Below are positions 59,000 to 64,000 of a stretch of 64,000 nt of DNA, in pieces. Position 1 is the stretch's first letter; the number at the start of each line of letters is the position of its first letter. The notes beneath the pieces were generated by a model. The model saw only the letters and a program-made list of their open reading frames with translations. It made no database searches and was not told where the DNA came from. Source of the DNA: Candidatus Poribacteria bacterium (GTDB lineage: Bacteria; Poribacteria; WGA-4E; JAJDTR01); NCBI GenBank assembly GCA_965222225.1, contig CBDCTK010000002.1:3424001-3488000 (forward strand), written 5' to 3'. Both the position numbers and the translations under genes were made by a program.

Positions 59000-59864
59000 A
59001 GTCGTTGTGTTGGTCATTGTTGCAGGTGTATGCGTTTTGCTAATGTTTTTTCACAATCAGGCACAGCGGCTGGTTGACAGCTATAAACCGGCGACAGACG
59101 TTCCGTCATTCGCATTGCCCTACGAATGGGCTGGCAACATCTGCCAAACACCCATTGCAGAGCCGTCTGGAATTACCTTCCACACCATTCGCAAAACAAT
59201 ATTTGTCGTCAGTGATGAAGGTGAACTTCATGAGATGCGGACAGATGGCAGACCGGTAAGATCGCAGTCCCTGAACCAGAATGACTTGGAAGGGATTACC
59301 ATGAATCCTTCAACGGGGTTGCTATATGCCGTTGTTGAAGGTGATGACGCAATTCTCGAAATCTCTCCACAGACCTTTGAGATTACGCGAAAATTCGGGA
59401 TAAATCGCGGATTTGAGGGGCGCGAACTGCTACGAAAAGGCGGGATGGGGCTGGAAGCAATTACCTTCGTTGCCAACGCATCCCATCCGGAGGGCGGAAC
59501 ATTTTGGGTGGGCAACCAATCGTTTAGTTTGAAACCAAATGGCGAACCATCAATCGTTTGTGAGGTCGTTGTCCCACTCTCATCAACCAGTCCGACTCCA
59601 CCGGAAGGCAAGATCATTGCCTTCTTCCCACTCAGCATTATTGACATTTCAGGACTTGAGTACGATTCCTCTCGACACTGCCTTGTCGTTGTTAGCGATA
59701 CGACAAACCTTCTGGTGGAAGTCGTGCGTGATGGAACAGTTTTGCGTCAACATCTGTTGCCCGGTAATGATCAGGAAGGAATTACTCTCGATCATCAGGG
59801 GTTCATGTATATCGCTCAAGAAAATGGCGAGGTAATTAAAATTGAAGACCGGCGAGCCCAATAA
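58986..59864 (+). CDS. SdiA-regulated/YjiK-like beta-propeller protein
   Basis: EPSGITF, DLEGIT, LEAITF, DISGL, QEGIT repeats; N-terminal TM. Confidence 0.8.
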   Translation: MMGSKVVVLVIVAGVCVLLMFFHNQAQRLVDSYKPATDVPSFALPYEWAGNICQTPIAEPSGITFHTIRKTIFVVSDEGELHEMRTDGRPVRSQSLNQNDLEGITMNPSTGLLYAVVEGDDAILEISPQTFEITRKFGINRGFEGRELLRKGGMGLEAITFVANASHPEGGTFWVGNQSFSLKPNGEPSIVCEVVVPLSSTSPTPPEGKIIAFFPLSIIDISGLEYDSSRHCLVVVSDTTNLLVEVVRDGTVLRQHLLPGNDQEGITLDHQGFMYIAQENGEVIKIEDRRAQ

Positions 59865-59969
59865 GTGTATTCCGGATGAATCGTGCCAGGGTAGCGCTTT
59901 AAGACATCTCAAGGCTTGCAGCGAATTATGCGGCTATCCTTGAAGGGAGGATGACCAAAGCAACCAGAG

Positions 59970-61232
59970 TTGCTAAGGGTAACAAATGCCCGCGTGAAAG
60001 AACTACGGCAGCATGAAAAGCGGAACTTTGCTGTTTTCGCTGTAAATCAGATACTGATGCGGATAGGTTGGGTTTTCAAGACTGAATCAGTAGTTGTACC
60101 GGGCTTCCTTGACACTTATTCCACCTCGGATGTCCTTCGAGGTTTCCTACCTGTCAGCCTGAGACTAGGGCAGAGTCTTCCCCAATTTCTTATCGCACAA
60201 TATGTGACGCAGATTCGGTACAAGCAACCGCTATTCACCATTTCCGCCTTTGGCATTATGGTGCCGTGGTTAGTTATAGCGTTGATATTGAGCGGTACCC
60301 AGTGGTCATCAAGCGTCGTCGTTTGCCTATTTCTCGCGCTGTACACGGTGCACTGGTTCATTTTTGGGTGTCACCTGCTAGCGACAGGTACGTTGCAAGG
60401 AAAGCTAATCCGCGCGGAAAGGCGGGGCTTGTTGCTCGCGTATGCCAATTCTGTCGGTGGTATTCTGGCGATAGGTGCAGCCGCTCTCTTGATGTATCAA
60501 TGGCTCGGCAGCGAAACTCCTCGTTATTCTGCCGTGTTTGGCGCGACAGCGGTATGTTTTGGCTTGGCGGCTATTGCCAGCCTGTATTTTCGCGAACCTC
60601 CCTCTCTGCCCCAACAGCCGCAACCCTTCTTCAAAATCCTCGGCGCAGGACTACTACTATTGCGGTCCGATCGCGATTTTCGAAAGTTTGCCCTAGTCAT
60701 TGTACTGTTTTTTTCAAGTTGGCCCCTTTTTCCGCACTACACTGTTTTCGGTAAGCGCGTGTTGGGATTGGAATCGAGTCACTTCGTCACTTGGATTATC
60801 GTTCAGTACTCCGCGGCTGCGTTGGGCTCTTGGGTAATCGGCGCTATCGCAGATCGCCGAGGTAATCGGATCGCCCTACGAATATTGGTACTTCTCAGTT
60901 CGTGTACCCCCTTGGTCGCCGTTGGCATCAGTCGAGTACCCTTCGGTACCAACCTGTATTGGCTCATATACGCCTTTTTAGGGCTGACACCAGTCATTCA
61001 CCGTATCATCGGAAACTACACATTGGAGATTTCGCCCGAAGAGAAGCAACCACAATATTTGGGGGTGGTGAGTCTCCTAGAGTCTTGTCCACTCTTAGTT
61101 TCGCCACTCGTTGGTTTATTGATCTCGAAGGTCTCGTTTGAGCCGGTGTTCTTGGGAGGTAGCGTTCTTATCGTTGCTGCCGGCATCTTGACGTTCGGGC
61201 TAGTTGAACCCCGTTTTAACGGAGCGCGATGA
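59970..61232 (+). CDS. MFS transporter
   Basis: About 12 TM helices; GAIADRRGNR motif. Confidence 0.85.
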   Translation: MLRVTNARVKELRQHEKRNFAVFAVNQILMRIGWVFKTESVVVPGFLDTYSTSDVLRGFLPVSLRLGQSLPQFLIAQYVTQIRYKQPLFTISAFGIMVPWLVIALILSGTQWSSSVVVCLFLALYTVHWFIFGCHLLATGTLQGKLIRAERRGLLLAYANSVGGILAIGAAALLMYQWLGSETPRYSAVFGATAVCFGLAAIASLYFREPPSLPQQPQPFFKILGAGLLLLRSDRDFRKFALVIVLFFSSWPLFPHYTVFGKRVLGLESSHFVTWIIVQYSAAALGSWVIGAIADRRGNRIALRILVLLSSCTPLVAVGISRVPFGTNLYWLIYAFLGLTPVIHRIIGNYTLEISPEEKQPQYLGVVSLLESCPLLVSPLVGLLISKVSFEPVFLGGSVLIVAAGILTFGLVEPRFNGAR

Positions 61233-61368
61233 TTAGTGCTACTACCTCTTTTGAAAAGATACGCCGGTGCGAGACAGGACGCGGACCTAAAGAATCACGT
61301 TTGTATCTCTCGGGGTTGAAAAGACTGGACAACAACGAATTTAGTCTTTCGCCAATTCGTTTGTCTTG

Positions 61369-62295
61369 TTACCCTTCTTCAAATCCCAACATTTTGACCT
61401 CTATCCCGAGATCTACGCCAGTCATTCGTTTAACCTGCTCTTGTACGCGTCGAACAAGACTCAGTACGTCATCGGCGGTTGCGTTGTCGATGTTCAGAAT
61501 GAAATTGCCGTGAACCTTGGAGACCTCGGCGCCACCGATTCTGCACCCCTTCAAACCACACGCATCAATCAATCTCCCCGCGGAGTCATTGGGCGGATTC
61601 TTAAAAATGCACCCCGCATTCTCTTCCGCAAAAGGCTGAGTGGAAATCTTCTTGTTGTATAATTCATGCATCCGGTCGGTTATAATTCTCGCGTCGCCGG
61701 GGGTGAGGCGGAGCACCGCCCCCGTTACACTAAAGTAGTTTCCTAACCCACTGCGACGATAGGCAAACCGCGCTTCATCGTGGCTGAGTTCAATAACTTC
61801 CCCCTTGTTGGTCATCACCTGCACCCGCTCAACCACATCGCCGAAACTTCTCCCCCACGCGCCGGCATTCATAATCAACGCCCCACCGACCGATCCCGGG
61901 ATACCGAGCGCAAACTCAATCCCGCTCAGTCCCTGCCGTGCGGAGACTTTCGACAATCTCGGCAGCGAAACTCCTCCGCCTACCCAAACACGATTCCCGT
62001 CAAATTCCAACTGATCGAAATCCTTAACCAGTCGAAGTATAATACCTTTGTATCCGTTGTCGCTGACGAGTAGGTTCGAACCTCTTCCGATCGTCGCTAC
62101 AGGCAATTTCCAACGTTTTTTTAACTTTGCAACGGCGGCAAGCTCATGGGCGGTGCTCACCTCAAAATATGCTGTCGCCAATCCTCCAATACCGAAAAAA
62201 ACATGTTTCTCCATCGGTTCATTAAATCGTAGTCGCGACGTAGGCGCGTTCCTGTCGGTTTTGACTAATTCAGCAAGTTCTGTGTTCCATTCCAT
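61369..62295 (-). CDS. murB: UDP-N-acetylmuramate dehydrogenase
   Basis: GRGSNLL, GIPGSVGGALIMNAGA, AGCIFKNP, HGNF. Confidence 0.95.
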   Translation of the reverse strand: MEWNTELAELVKTDRNAPTSRLRFNEPMEKHVFFGIGGLATAYFEVSTAHELAAVAKLKKRWKLPVATIGRGSNLLVSDNGYKGIILRLVKDFDQLEFDGNRVWVGGGVSLPRLSKVSARQGLSGIEFALGIPGSVGGALIMNAGAWGRSFGDVVERVQVMTNKGEVIELSHDEARFAYRRSGLGNYFSVTGAVLRLTPGDARIITDRMHELYNKKISTQPFAEENAGCIFKNPPNDSAGRLIDACGLKGCRIGGAEVSKVHGNFILNIDNATADDVLSLVRRVQEQVKRMTGVDLGIEVKMLGFEEG

Positions 62296-62338
62296 GTAAA
62301 TCTATCCAAGAACTATCGTAGTGCGACTCAAAACCGAA

Positions 62339-64000
62339 TTAACCTCTAATAACCAACGCTTGGCTCGTTGACCGTCCCTCGTCATCAACACACGTGAGTC
62401 TATGTTTACCAGCTACAGGTGCCAAGAAAACTTTCTCGGCTGGGTCGCCGCTAAAAATCAACTGGCCATCAAAAAACCAGAAAATCTGCTTTGTTCGATT
62501 CGACACGGACGCTTGGAGCGAAATCTTCTGATTTTCAAGCGGAATCCCGGAACGAATATGGTATTCACTATTTTCTGATGGAGAAATGACAATAGGACTG
62601 TGTCCGGCAACGAGACCGGTGCACGCGGAGAAATGTGCCGGCATCTCAGGAATAGCAAAACCGTTGCGTTTTAACCAAGTTCCTATCGCCACAGGCCACT
62701 CCTCGAAAACTGCATGACGATAAGTCCGGCCAACCCGACAGTGTGAACATAACGTCGTTCCCGTCCCCTCGTCGATATAAATCCCTTTGTGAATCGAGCA
62801 CTCGGTATTGGGGGAAACGCTCGGAATGTAGTAGTCAAACTTTGAAGTAGGGCAATGCGAGGACGGTAACAATCCACTCAACGAGCAGACTTCTCGAGTA
62901 TTCACGCGTCCGAGGCGCGTGAACCAACGATTGGTTGCGGGCGTGGTCAGTGCCGTGAATAAGGAGAAAAGAATTGGTCCTGCGACTTCAGACCCGACAA
63001 GCGAGGAAACACCTGCTCCATTGAAATTGCCGACCCAAACACCAATTGTGAATTCGGGGGTGTAGCCGATGCTCCATGCGTCTTTATGTCCGTAAGAAGT
63101 GCCAGTCTTCCATGCAATCTTTGGAAGATTTGTCGAAGCTTCATACGCCGCAGGCAAATCTGGACGGCGGACTTCGGTGAGCATTTCAGTTAAGATGTAA
63201 CAGGCTTCTCTACTCAAAAGCCGTTTTGCTTGCATGCGACTTTTTGGAATACTCGCGGGGATATCTACACCTTGAAATGTGGAATTAAGGGACATGAACG
63301 CGGGCAGTGCCACGCGCCCGGAATTCCCTTGTCCCGCCCTGTTTTTTGCTGGATTCATTATCAACCGATACTTCGCAAACTCTCCGGAGTTCGCCAATCC
63401 GGCGTAGAGTGTCGTTAATTCAAGCAGTGTCAATTCGCAGCCGCCGAGTATCAACGATAATCCATAATATCCTTTCGATTCCGACAACTTGGAAACCCCG
63501 GCATTTCGCAAGAATGAGTAGATACCGTCATTGCCAAGCTGTGCGTATAGGTTCACCGCTGGTACGTTGAGGGAGTGCGCCAATGCCTCACTTGCAGTCA
63601 CATACCCGCGATACTCTCCATCGTAATTTGCAGGTTTGTATCCTGAGTAATCGATCGGAACGTCGTTCAAGAGGCTCTCGGGGGTAATCAGCCCACGGTC
63701 AATCGCCAATCCGTAGATAAACGGTTTAAGTGTCGATCCGGGAGAGCGACGAGCATTGGTTCCGTCAACCTGTCCTTTGCCGGCTTGGTCGAAAAAACCA
63801 TAGGAGCCAACCAGTGCCAACACCTCGCGGCTCTTTGTGTCCATCACGATGATTGATCCCGTGGAGATACCTTCTCGCCGCAGTGGATGGAGGCACTCTC
63901 GCAGAATTCGCTCGCCGAGTTTCTGAATTCGGCCGTCAATCGTTGAATGGATGCGATTATCCCAAATACCGGCAGGACTAGCGCTCTCTCCGTGCGAGTG
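62339..64000 (-). CDS. pbpC: Penicillin-binding protein 1C, 5' part outside the window
   Basis: RSPGSTLKP, SLN, LSLILGG, WKTGTSYGHKDAW, C-terminal BiPBP_C-like domain; frame open to 64000. Confidence 0.9.
   Translation of the reverse strand, partial: HSHGESASPAGIWDNRIHSTIDGRIQKLGERILRECLHPLRREGISTGSIIVMDTKSREVLALVGSYGFFDQAGKGQVDGTNARRSPGSTLKPFIYGLAIDRGLITPESLLNDVPIDYSGYKPANYDGEYRGYVTASEALAHSLNVPAVNLYAQLGNDGIYSFLRNAGVSKLSESKGYYGLSLILGGCELTLLELTTLYAGLANSGEFAKYRLIMNPAKNRAGQGNSGRVALPAFMSLNSTFQGVDIPASIPKSRMQAKRLLSREACYILTEMLTEVRRPDLPAAYEASTNLPKIAWKTGTSYGHKDAWSIGYTPEFTIGVWVGNFNGAGVSSLVGSEVAGPILFSLFTALTTPATNRWFTRLGRVNTREVCSLSGLLPSSHCPTSKFDYYIPSVSPNTECSIHKGIYIDEGTGTTLCSHCRVGRTYRHAVFEEWPVAIGTWLKRNGFAIPEMPAHFSACTGLVAGHSPIVISPSENSEYHIRSGIPLENQKISLQASVSNRTKQIFWFFDGQLIFSGDPAEKVFLAPVAGKHRLTCVDDEGRSTSQALVIRG

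Overview
64 kb of a bacterial chromosome. The gene content points, by inference, to Candidatus Poribacteria or a similar PVC/FCB-associated lineage: six PhyH-family dioxygenases, secreted LamG and TolB/PD40 proteins sharing a C-terminal TWGxIK tail, DUF1501 and DUF1549/1553, and CRTAC1/ASPIC-UnbV. It also holds a ~12 kb defence-type island (10089-22391), a stand-alone Klenow-type family A DNA polymerase, a complete IS1595-family element with an 8-bp TSD, and housekeeping genes (pyrK, bioB, murB, pbpC). The island carries a split Type III R-M pair, three ABC-type ATPases with PIN, TOPRIM or PD-(D/E)XK-like partners, a SLATT/DUF4231 gene and an orphan antitoxin. The strongest unexplained signal is intergenic: a ~36-nt unit (ATCAA-NN-GA-NN-GRAYA-NN-GA-NN-GCGAT-AGAGATCCC) at 16 loci. 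Its variable positions differ between copies but covary to keep a hairpin with tandem GA/GA mismatches. It sits inside REP-like palindromes and inside copies of itself, without target-site duplication, and is almost always on the + strand. No CRISPR, rRNA or tRNA was found. All annotation is by eye from motifs; no database searches were run.
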